Of a stretch of DNA of 64,000 nucleotides, positions 53,775 to 64,000 are shown in pieces. Under the pieces are notes generated by a model, which saw only the letters and a program-made list of their open reading frames with translations, made no database searches and was not told where the DNA came from. Within the stretch, counting starts at the first letter, position 1; each line of letters begins with the position of its first letter. This stretch comes from Octopus vulgaris (lineage: Eukaryota). The stretch lies in contig OX597814.1 in NCBI GenBank assembly GCA_951406725.2, positions 56,296,001-56,360,000 on the forward strand. Reading direction: 5' to 3'. Both the position numbers and the translations under genes were made by a program.

Positions 53775-54257
53775 ACATATATATATTATTCTTAAACAAG
53801 AATACCATGGATAGTGACTTCGAAATTTCAGTCAGTTTAACTATCGTCGAAGTGCAGTCGATGATGTCTTAACAGGCCGAAACTTCGAAGTCACTGTTAA
53901 TAACATTCTTGCTTTAGAATGATAAATTTGTACTCTACAAAAATATAGAGTAACCCATCAGATTAATGTAAAATTGTTTTTATTATAACTGAACATAAAA
54001 GCAAACATTAACATATACATACATAAATGTGTGCGTGAATGTGTGCGTGCGTGTATGTGTGTGTGCGTGTGTGTATGTGTGTGTGTTTGTATGTGTATGT
54101 GTGTATGAGTGTATATCATACAGAGAGAGAAAGAGGGAGAGAGAGAAAGAAAGGTAGTAAAGAAGTAAAAGATTGAACGAGTAAAGAGGAAGGTGAAGAA
54201 AAAATTAGCCAAGAGAAAGAAATTGACAGATAAAAGAAAAAGAATGTTGGGAGAGGG

Positions 54258-54296
<39 letters not shown>

Positions 54297-54843
54297 AAGA
54301 AAGAAAGAGAGAGAGAACGAGAAAGAGAGGGAGAGAACGCAACTCAGAGAGAACGAATGATGGAGCCTTACATGGAAGTGAAAAGAGATATTTTTACAAA
54401 AAACTCACAGTGAGATTAAGTATAGCATCATGTGTCAATGTTTAAAACAAAGCAAATACTACATATGTTCATGTACTAGATACAGATACACGTGTTATAA
54501 AAGATAAGAAAATATTTTTAACCCCATGTTGGTCACATATGTTTTAAAACTAAACACCGATAAAATAAGGTGCAATAATAAATTATATAAAATTGCTTTA
54601 TTCCTTTGCAGAAGAGAATATGTGCCGACAACATAAAATGAATTAACTCTTAATAGGTGGAGAGGTCAGACTGTTGAGATAAAGTTCCCCTATTTGAAAG
54701 GGAACGAACTCTTTAAGTAGAGCAGCAAGATAGTTTAACGATGGGAGAATCTGACTGAAGTTACGATGATTAGATACTTTTTTCCAACCTCCTTTTCTCG
54801 TTCTTTTTATTTCCACGCCACTTTCATCTACATTTTTAAAAAT

Positions 54844-54877
54844 TTTCTGATGAAGGACTTGTGTCCGAAACGTCAAA
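54844..54877 (+). ncRNA. Minimal type I hammerhead ribozyme (Penelope-type)
   Basis: TTT-CTGATGA-AGGAC TTGT GTCC-GAAAC-GTC^AAA. Full core, 4-bp stem II and a loopless palindromic stem III (ACGT). Confidence 0.8.
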
Positions 54878-54999
54878 GCCAGGCAGACCTATTACCTAAA
54901 GGTGATCCAGCCGAGATTATTACGTCTTTTATATGATTAGAACTACATTTGTCAAATGTGCCCCTATAATTTTTTTTCTGATTATATAAGTGACGTTAG

Positions 55000-55164
55000 C
55001 AGTGGCGTAGCTAGAGTGTGTTGCCGACCGGAGGCAGCCCCTGAGTTTGCTGTTCCTCATCCCTTATTCAGGTTTATATTGTAGAGCCAAAAGTGCCGCC
55101 AGCCTAAAGGTGTTGTCCAAGGCGCGGATCACCCCTTTCCCTTGCTCTCTTAGCAACGCTTCTA
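55000..55164. mobile_element. hAT-type MITE
   Basis: Imperfect TIRs CAGTGGCGTAGCTA / TAGCAACGCTTCTA, flanked by an 8-bp TSD GACGTTAG (54992-54999) / GATGTTAG (55165-55172). Confidence 0.65.
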
Positions 55165-57208
55165 GATGTTAGAGTGTAGGATACAATGCATCGTAGTATG
55201 TGTTGACTGCGTTCTGAATTCAAATCCTGCTGAGATCAATTTTCGGGAGTCAATAAAAAAAGAAATTGCCAACGTAGATTTACGAAACTGTTAGGTTGGA
55301 CAAGATTGTTCGTGGTATTTGTAGTGTTTTTTTTTGCGTTCTGATAGCAACGCCCACGACGGCGGTGACAACACTGTTGTCAAGTTGCATCGGTCCAATT
55401 CCGCAGATTTTTCTTGGATAAACAACACCAACACAAAAAAGTATGCCTGCATGCATGAGCAACCACTAGTTTCCTAAAAAATCACTATCTGAAGATGGGG
55501 GAAGGGGGTATTTGTCTGTTATTTCTAACAGATTGAGTGGCTACAAAGATTAAAACCCCTCAAGGCGTCGCTCAAACATGGTCGCAGTCAAATGACTGAT
55601 ATCAGCAAATGAATAAAAGAATATCTGTGTCAGCAATACTTCAAGCTGACCCCCTACAGAAGTACATGGATTTGATCCCCCACCCACTCACTTTTCATTT
55701 GACGGTATGTTCTCAAGTCTTCAATTGTACTCTAAAGTTACCTATCTGTGAAGACTAGAGATCAAAAGTGCTCTTGCCGTTATTTATTTTATCTTACTTT
55801 TTTTGCACCTTGATCGATGCCAGTACGACTTCATAATAGGCGCAGGCGTGGCTGTGTGGTAAGAAGTTTGCTTCCCAACCATATGGTCCCGGGTTCAGTC
55901 CCACTATGTGGAACCTTGGACAAGTGTTTTCTGCTTCAGTCTCAAGCTGACCAAAACCTTGTGTATAGCAGTTGCACATGCAAGCAGGTTCTCTCTCTCC
56001 ATGCCACCGATGGCATCCAAGGGAAAAGCCGACGCGTTAGGGCCAACACAGCTTCGCTGCAGTGTCATCGCATGCTTCGCTGCAGTGCCATCGCAAGCTT
56101 CGCTGACAAGACGAAAATGGCCGGAGTAGAGACTGCAAGGCATCTTATCCAACGCTTTAACAGTCTCACCAATCCACCTCTCTGTATTTGTACCCAAAAA
56201 GGATGATACTCGAAGCTGACCTCTGCGAGATTTGAATTAAGAACGTGGTGAGTCAGAACAAATATCGTGGAACATACCATTCAATGCTCCTTAATATATT
56301 TATAACTACATTAAAATGACAGGGCGTGTAATTTGAAGGAAATTTGACTGCTATTTCAACTAAAGCGGCTGCGTAATTTCTCTCTCTTCGTCTCGTTAAG
56401 AGACAATTCTATAGCAGAGATTTATGAGCTCTCCGAACCGATTTGTTACGTTGATTTCTCACATCAACACAAAACTTATCTATGAATCGTTTTTAAACGG
56501 AAGCAGCAGTGTAGTCAACTGAATAGCCTTGCAACGATATTACTTTTAATGGCTTTTTTTTTTTTTATTGTGAATGAACGGTGATATCAATTCTGGATTG
56601 TGATACAAAATGTAGGGAAACGAAACTAAATGCCAGACATTTAGTTCACGCTACCATGACTGCCAGGTTTAGCTCAACTACAGTATTAAGTCTAATTTAT
56701 TAATTCTACTTAAAAAGACATTATTTATAAGATCTTGCCAGCTAAGCAGCTCAAGGATGAGGTAAAAGAAAAATGAGGAGAAAGAAAGGGGAAGCAGAAA
56801 GTGAAGCATGGGATGTGTTGTAAAGGCAACTGTGCTCTTATATCATGGTGACACTGTGATGTACTACTGCTATGGTCTAGATTAGTGGTGCTGTACTGCT
56901 TATATCTGTTATTATTGTCTACAGCCTTTTAGTAGGATTTTAGGGGTGTTTTTTTGTTTTTTGTTTTTTTCATCTTTTATTGCAGAGTCAGCACATTTGA
57001 TAGTTCCGTTTTGCATTCTCTGTAATAAGAAGAAGAAAAATTCATAACATCCGTGTCAATAATATCCCACCCTACACTTTATGTGAACCCGCCTTTGTAA
57101 TGTCCTCTTTATCAGACGTCTTTGTGGCAAATACAGGAAATTGTTGATGTTGTTGTTGTTGTTGCTACTGTTGCTACTGTTGCTGCTGCTGCTGCTGTTG
57201 TTGTTGTT

Positions 57209-58500
57209 TAAGGCGGCGAGGTGGCAGAATCGTTAGCACGCCGGGCGAAATGCATAGCGGTGTTTCGTCTGTCGTTACGTTCTAAGTTCAAATTCCGCCG
57301 AGGTCGACTTTGCCTTTCATCCTTTCAGGGTCGATAAATTAAGTATCAGTTACGCACTAGGGTCGATGTAATCGACTTAATCCCTTTGTCTGTTCTTGTT
57401 TGTCCCTTCTATGTTTAGCCCTTTGTGGGTAGCAAAGAAATAGGTATTTCGTCTGCCATTACGTTCTGAGTTCAAATTCCACCGAGGTCGACTTTGCCTT
57501 TCATCCTTTCGGGATCGATAAATTAAGTATCAGTTACGCACTAGGGTCGATATAATCGACTTAATCCCTTTGTCTGTCCTTGTTTGTCCCCTCTATGTTT
57601 AGCCCCTTGTGGGTAGTAAAGAAATAGGTATTTCGTCTGTCATTACGTTCTGAGTTCAAATTCCGCCGAGGTCGACTTTGCCTTTCATCCTTTCAGGATC
57701 GATAAATTAAGTACCAGTTACGCACTAGGGTCGATGTTGTAGTGACGCCATTTTGGAAATCTTCAGCGCGCATGTGCAGAGTTGAAGCTTCCTCATGCGC
57801 ATGCGCAGAGAACTAGTAACAGCAAGATTTCCCGCTGAATCGATCTCTCTCGAAGTTGCAGCCGAACAGAACAGATGTGTTCTCACATCTCTCCTCAAGC
57901 TGCCACCACGTGGCGAAACCACACTATGCTGGAACGAAACAGGATTTGGTTCACACCATTTAACCACAGCGACTAGCTCCAATGGCTACCGATTTGCCCT
58001 GAAGGAAATATATATATATATTATTGCGAATCCAGAAAAATAAATATTATTTATGCTGCTTGAAAATATTCGAAGTCTTGCTTTTCCTTCGACAAATAAT
58101 TTAATGTAACGGGATGAGACCTGCACCCCTCAAGTGTTACAGACCTTTCATCTTTGTTACTATGTAATCGACTTAATCCCTTTGTCTGTTCTTGTTTGTC
58201 TCCTCTATGTTTAGCCCCTTGAGGGCAATAAAGAAATAAGAAACATTAGCACGCCGGGTGAAATGCTTAGTGGTATTTCGTCTGAGTTCAAATGCTTAGC
58301 GGTATTTCGTTCTGAGTTCAAATCCCGCCGAGTTTGACTTTGCCTTTCATCCTTTCGGGGTCGATAAATTAAGTACCAGCTACGCACTAAGGTCGATGTA
58401 ATCGACTTAATTTCTTTGTCTGCCCTTGTTTGTCCTCTATATGTTTATCCCCTTTGTAGGCAATAAAGAAATAAGAATCGTTAGCGCCCCGGGCAAAATA
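57209..58500 (+). repeat. Tandem array of a second tRNA-derived SINE (184-bp period)
   Basis: Head AAGGCGGCGAG.TGGCAGAATCGTTAGCACGCCGGGCGAAATG, then body units starting at 57259, 57443 and 57627 (GG..TTTCGTCTG...GAGTTCAAATTCC.CCGAGGTCGACTTTGCCTTTCATCC), plus another copy near 58240-58500. Dispersed copies near 2165-2375(-), 7690-7895, 16202-16420, 17232-17440, 18510-18715(-) and 36320-36500. Confidence 0.85.
57738..58161 (+). mobile_element. Solo-LTR-like insertion inside a SINE
   Basis: Interrupts the SINE sequence GGTCGATGT|AATCGACTT, with ATGT duplicated at 57734-57737 and 58162-58165. Termini TGTAGTGAC...GTTACT are inverted, but the terminal ACA is missing. Internal TATA-like run and AATAAA. 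Confidence 0.6.
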
Positions 58501-58509
58501 CTTATAACC

Positions 58510-59925
58510 TTCTTTTTGACCTATCAGATCTAGTTTTTAAGTTATTGAACATCCTTATAGTCACCATGTGTGTGTACCTCCAGTACGAAGTGTTCGTTCC
58601 TTTATTCTAATTCTAAGATTATTTTTCTTTTTCCATACTTTTTAGATGTGGTGAACTAAGCAATAGAAGATGAGCAAGATGTCCTCTTCAAGAAAGTGCC
58701 GCGTTAATTCTCCAAAAGTATTTTATGTTTGTGGAGAATACACATCACCTAAAAATTAAAGAAAAACATCACTGATATTGTTGACAGAGCGTATATGGCA
58801 TATTTTGGGGTCAAGCTGGGAAACCAAGATAAATATTGGGCACCGCCTAGTATTTGCAAACAATGTACCGAACATTTGCGACAATGAACTAAAGGGACAA
58901 GGAAAAGTATGAGGTTTGCTATACCAATGGTATGGCAGGAGTCATACGTGGACGACTGCTATTTTTGTAATGTAAATTTTAAGATATTTACCGGAAAAAT
59001 CGAAAAGGCTTGTCTATCCTAATCTTGGCTCTGCTATTAGACCGGTTCCACACAGTGAAGAGCTTCCTGTTCCTGTCTTCAATGTCTTGCCCCAGATAAC
59101 TTTACCCTCAACCAAAGAAGATTCATCTCCTGAAGATGACACTAGAGATCAAGACTTTTCATTTGAGACCAGATCATTTAGCTATTCTCCCAGGTAGGGC
59201 TGAATGATTTAGTTCTTGACTTGAACCTCCCAAAAATTCTACAGAACTGTTGACTTCCCGATTGAAAGAGAAGAATCTTCTAGAGAATGGGGTCGGTATA
59301 ACCTTTTATCGGAGTTAGTATGAAGAGTTCCTTTCTTTCTTCACAAAAGAGGATATGAAAAGCTGGTTTACTACAGAGATGTCAGTGGGCTTCTTAATAA
59401 ACTTGGCATTGAGGAATACAAACCAGAGGAATGGCATCTTTTCATAGACAGCTCTAAGCGTAGTTTAAAATGTGTATTGCTGCACATCGGAAATGTGTAT
59501 GGCTCTGTCCCACTCGGTCACTCAACAACTCTGAAGGAAAAATATGAAGAAATTAAGTTGGTTTTAGAGAAGATCATAAATGGGTCATCTGCGTTGACTT
59601 AAAGATGGTGAATTTTCTCATGCGACAGCAATCTGGTCATACCAAATACCCATGATTTCTTTGCGTGTGGGACAGTAGAGACTGAGTAAACCTCTATGTT
59701 AAGAAAAAACTAGTCACCTCGAACTAATATGGCTCCATGTAGAGCTGCCAATATATTGGAAGAACCTTTAGTTGAGCGAGATAAAATCATTTTCCCCCTT
59801 TTGTACCCCAAACTCGAATTGATCAAGCAATTCGTCAAAGCTTTTGACAAAAACGGGAAGTGCTTCAAATATATCTGCAGTGTATTTCCAGACTTAACGA
59901 TTGAAAAACTTAAAGTAGGGAGCGC
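58510..59925 (+). mobile_element. Decayed Chapaev3-like (CMC) DNA transposase
   Basis: Fragmented motifs FYVCGE, AYFGVKLGNQDK.WAP..IC..C, FAIPMVW.E...DCYFC, SAIRPVPH, LFIDSSKRSLKCVLLH, ICVDLKMVNFL..QQSG.TKYP and WDSR. The family assignment is from recollection of these motifs. No TIRs recognised. Confidence 0.65.
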
Positions 59926-60356
59926 ACAGTTTTATACAAGGATTTTTGTATTTTTTCCATAAACTAGGGGATGGCTACTGACATTAAGCTTAAGGATTAT
60001 ATAATGTACAAGTATAAAGAAAGAATTAAAGAAAAAAAAAGGACTCATTGTATTGAATGTTATCGATAATATCGAGTGGAAATAGAGGGTGATGTAGTGC
60101 CTATACACAAGCTGCCACAGATGATAACACTTCCAGTCAATTAAGATCAGAAGACATGACAACTACTGCATTATTATTGAGTGAGAGAGTGACACTGGGG
60201 TAAACTATACGAAGCCCAATATACCCATGATGACTACTCGTCTAAGGGTACACCAGGAACATGCATCACAACCATACCTGCGTGACATGGTAATCCTATA
60301 TCATGATAAACGGCACATAACCTTGCAGGTGGGGCCCAGTTAGAATTTTCTTCAGG

Positions 60357-60513
<157 letters not shown>

Positions 60514-61095
60514 AGAAATGATGATGTAATTTAGTGAGAAAGAGGAAGGAGAGAATTGGTGTGACTTTAGATAGACAACGGTTCAAGGAGACAAAGCTCT
60601 CTGTCACTGATAACTCGACTTTGAGCAGCAAAAAGAAAATCAAAACATAAAGTCAACACCGGATGCTGACTGGAAAGAAATGTTGCAAGACGACAGCCAG
60701 AAACACAAAAGAAACGGAAGCAAAGCGTGAGGTGAAAAGAATGCATGAAAGAAGACAAAACGAAACACAAAAAGAAAACGGGACAAAACTTAAAGCAAAA
60801 TGAAGAAGCAATTACTGGAAAGCAATTGAAATAACACCGGTACTTGCAGCGAGTAATACACTACCATGTATGTATGCATGCGTGTATGGATGTATGTATA
60901 TATGTAAGAACATACACACACATACACACAGGCATACACACACGCACACACATGGTACAATTACTTACACATGTTTTAAACGAATGATGGTCAAAGTCAA
61001 AGTTACCTATTTTGTGTATATGCGCATATATATATACATGTATGCATGCATGTAATATAATGTATGTATGTACAAGGTATATGCATATTGTAATA

Positions 61096-61249
61096 TGTGG
61101 CTGTGTGATAAGTAGTTTGGTCACTAACCACATGGTTCCGGGTTCAGTCCCACGGTGTGACACCTTGGGCATGTGTCTTCTACTATAGCCTCGGGCCGAC
61201 CAAGGCTTTATGAGTGGATTTGGTAGACGGAAACCGAAAGAAGCCCATC

Positions 61250-61329
<80 letters not shown>

Positions 61330-61520
61330 GTATATGCTTGTGTGTGTTTGTCCCCCAACCCAACATCGCTTGACAACCGATGCTGATGTGTTTACGCCCC
61401 CGTAACTTAGCGGTTCGGCAAAAGAGACCGATAGAATAAGAATAAGCTCTGGGGTCGATTTGCTCGACTAAATGTGGTGCTCCAGCATGGCCGCAGTCAA
61501 ATGATTGAAACAAGTAAAAG
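61096..61520 (+). mobile_element. tRNA-derived CORE-type SINE, representative near-full-length copy
   Basis: A-box-like TGGCTGTGTG.TAAG, B-box-like GGTTCAGTCCC, CORE-like ACCTTGGGCA.GTGTCTTCTACTATAGCC, internal (TA)n and a 3' tail GCTCCAGCATGGCCGCAGTCAAATGA.TGAAACAAG. Many more copies, approximately 147-310(-), 945-1050(-), 6404-6545(-), 10886-11230, 13356-13495(-), 18830-18965, 22571-22735, 31750-32075, 37628-37870(-), 42140-42610(-), 55838-55960 and 63842-64000. Confidence 0.8.
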
Positions 61521-61604
61521 AATATATGTATACACACTACCCTCACACTCACCCACACCCACACACACACACACATACGCACACGCACACATATATAACA
61601 TATA

Positions 61605-62821
61605 CAGGGGTTGGACAAAATAATGGAAACACCTAGCATCATAGCATCATAATTTTGGAATATCTATAAAACCGTCAAAAGCTTATTTATTTTTATGTTT
61701 TTTTTTTTTATTATTAGTGTTCCTTCATAAGTTTTGCTAAAATTGCTGTTTCTTTTCAGATATCATCAGAAAAAGGTAATTAAGATTTATTAAAATGACA
61801 GATCTGTCGGACTTTCAAAGAGGTCAAACAGTTGGTGCTTGCATGGCAGGCGCTAGCGTAACGAAAGCAGCCAAAATGCTTGGTGTACTGTCTCGAAAGT
61901 AGTGAAAGCCTTTGAATAAGAGGGAAAAATCCTCCTTGTTGAAACAAAATTTCTGAAGAAAACCAAAACTTTCAGATAGGGACTGTCGGTCTCTTACGCG
62001 AATTGTAAGAAAGGATCACAAAAGTACAGCTCCCAAAATTACTGCAGAGCTTAATGACCATCTCGAAAACCCAGTTTCCCCAAAAACTTATCGCCGGGAG
62101 CTGCATAAAGCCGAATTTCACTGGAGGGCTGCAATCAGAAAACCACTACTTTCAAAAACAAATGTTGCAAAGCGTTTAGAGTGGAGTCAAAACCTACAGA
62201 ATTGGACCCTAGAGCAGTGGAAGAATGTTATTTTCTTGGACGAGTCATCATTTACCTTATTTCCGACCACCGACCGAGTATACATGCGGAGACATTCAAA
62301 AGAGGCATTTGACCCAAACGGTCAACTATGATGATCTGGGGGTGGGGGCTATATCTTGGAAATTCACCGGCCCAATGGTTTTCCTTCATGGCAGAATTAA
62401 TAGTCAAGTCTATTTAAGCATTTTATCTGATCAAATTCATCCTACGATTGTGGAACTGTTTCCGGAGGGAAACGAAATCTTTCAGCTAAAGTTGTTACTG
62501 AATGGCACGAGCAACATTCTTAGTGAAGTTGAACATCTTATCTGGTCACCACAGTCCCCAGATCTCAATATTATTGAACATTTATGGTGTATTTTAGAAA
62601 AACAAGGAGTCAATATCCTCCACCATCATCAGTCACTTCAAGAACTGGAGCTGTTTTAGCTGAAGAATGGACAAAAATTCCTTTGGAAAGAATTTAAACT
62701 TCGTACGAGTCCATACCTCATAGAATTCAAGCTGTAATTACTGCCAAAGGCGGTCCTACCCTATATTCAAATAAATTTGCTTGAAATTTTAAGATGTTTC
62801 CATCATTTTGTCCAACCCCTG
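61605..62821 (+). mobile_element. Tc1-family transposon, decayed
   Basis: TA flanks. TIRs of about 30 bp: CAGGGGTTGGACAAAATAATGGAAACA / TGTTTCCATCATTTTGTCCAACCCCTG. Transposase starts at ATG 61795 (MTDLSDFQRGQ), includes DES and WSPQSPDLNIIEHLW, and ends near GGPTLY. Multiple frameshifts. Confidence 0.92.
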
Positions 62822-63004
62822 TATATGCATTTATTTATGAGTGTATGTACGTATATATGTGTACTCTTGTACGTGTGCGTGTATAATGGGTATTTGTATA
62901 TGACAGAAATGTTGCTATGTCTGTGTATAAGACGACAGAATAACTATCTCACAGTCTGTGCAAGGCTTCTCTTAAACTCTTAAATGGAGTTTTCTTTTTG
63001 TTTG

Positions 63005-63068
<64 letters not shown>

Positions 63069-63257
63069 CGTATGTATATTTGTATATATGTGTATGTATA
63101 TATGTGTATATAATATATATAGAGAGAGAGGGGGAGAGGGAGCGAGAGAAAGAGAGATAAACATTCAGATAGATAGATATGTTTCTTTATTAGCCACACA
63201 GGGCTGCACACAGACGGGACAAATGTGTGCAGCCCTGTGTAGCATAGATATATATAT

Positions 63258-63348
<91 letters not shown>

Positions 63349-64000
63349 CTGCATGCAGATATAATCATACGAATATACGTACATATGTAGACACTTGTAT
63401 ATACATATAGCACTTAATTTTTCTTTGTCTTTCATACCGCTGCTTTTATAGGCCATGTTGTAGTGAATTAGAATAAAAAATACACACATATTTGTTTGTC
63501 ATAGTAAAAAGGCGTGTCTTCTGAAAGACGTGATAAAAAAAGAAATGGAACATTGCAAAGGAAACAGGCATGAAAAACAAGGAAAGAAAACACAGTGCCA
63601 GAAACAGTTCCCAAGGCCAAAACCAAAAGCAAGACAAATAGTAAAGTTAAGTTAAAAATAAACCGTTATGGCGATGGAGCTTCTGTAATTACATCTACAT
63701 ATGTAACTATAACACAGCCAGCCCTTTCTCTCATCACCACCACCACCACCACCAATCACAACCTTCACAAAAATTCATACCTCACGCCGTCTCTCTATCT
63801 CTCTGAGCTAATATTTTTAAAGTCACTGATACATTAGACGACAGGCGTGGCTGTGTGGTAAGAGGTTTGCTTCCCAAACACATGATTCCAGGTTCAGACT
63901 TAATGTGTGGCACCTTAGACAAGTGTCTTCTACTACAGCCCTTGGCCAACCAAAACCTTGTGAGTGGATTTGGTAGGCGGAAACTGAAAGATGACTGTCA

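Noticed and set aside
53440-53872. Overlapping ORFs rich in MYVC/MDGW/HT repeats (similar ones near 27664-27958, 60861-61642 and 62949-63489)
   Set aside because: These are translations of microsatellites, not genes.
57209-57720. Regularly spaced repeats considered as a CRISPR-like array
   Set aside because: The units are 184-bp near-identical SINE bodies without unique spacers, the context is eukaryotic and there are no cas genes.

Overview
AT-rich, microsatellite- and transposon-dense animal genomic DNA. The SINE types and repeat composition suggest an octopus or other coleoid cephalopod, which is an inference. The only host gene I can support is the 3' part of a FAM20B-type glycosaminoglycan xylosylkinase on the + strand. 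It has four coding exons (374-542, 8176-8364, 16950-17009, 23722-23965) with consistent splice phases. The rest is mobile DNA. DNA transposons: a full-length hAT element with an open 606-aa transposase ORF, TIRs and a perfect 8-bp TSD in the last FAM20B intron, two decayed Tc1 elements, a non-autonomous Helitron, a Chapaev-like transposase relic and MITEs. Retroelements: an internally deleted Gypsy LTR element, a decayed R4/Dong-like LINE, RTE and Penelope fragments and many tRNA-derived SINEs. The most striking unexplained signal is about a dozen type I hammerhead-ribozyme motifs (CUGANGA...GAAAC-palindrome-GUH). They sit in several unrelated non-coding fold-back or partial-tandem elements, mostly embedded in (TA)n tracts. 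One example is a 382-bp inverted repeat, with no mismatch seen by eye, carrying an intact hammerhead on each strand (40272-41435). This fits a diverse population of Penelope-like or retrozyme-like self-cleaving elements.
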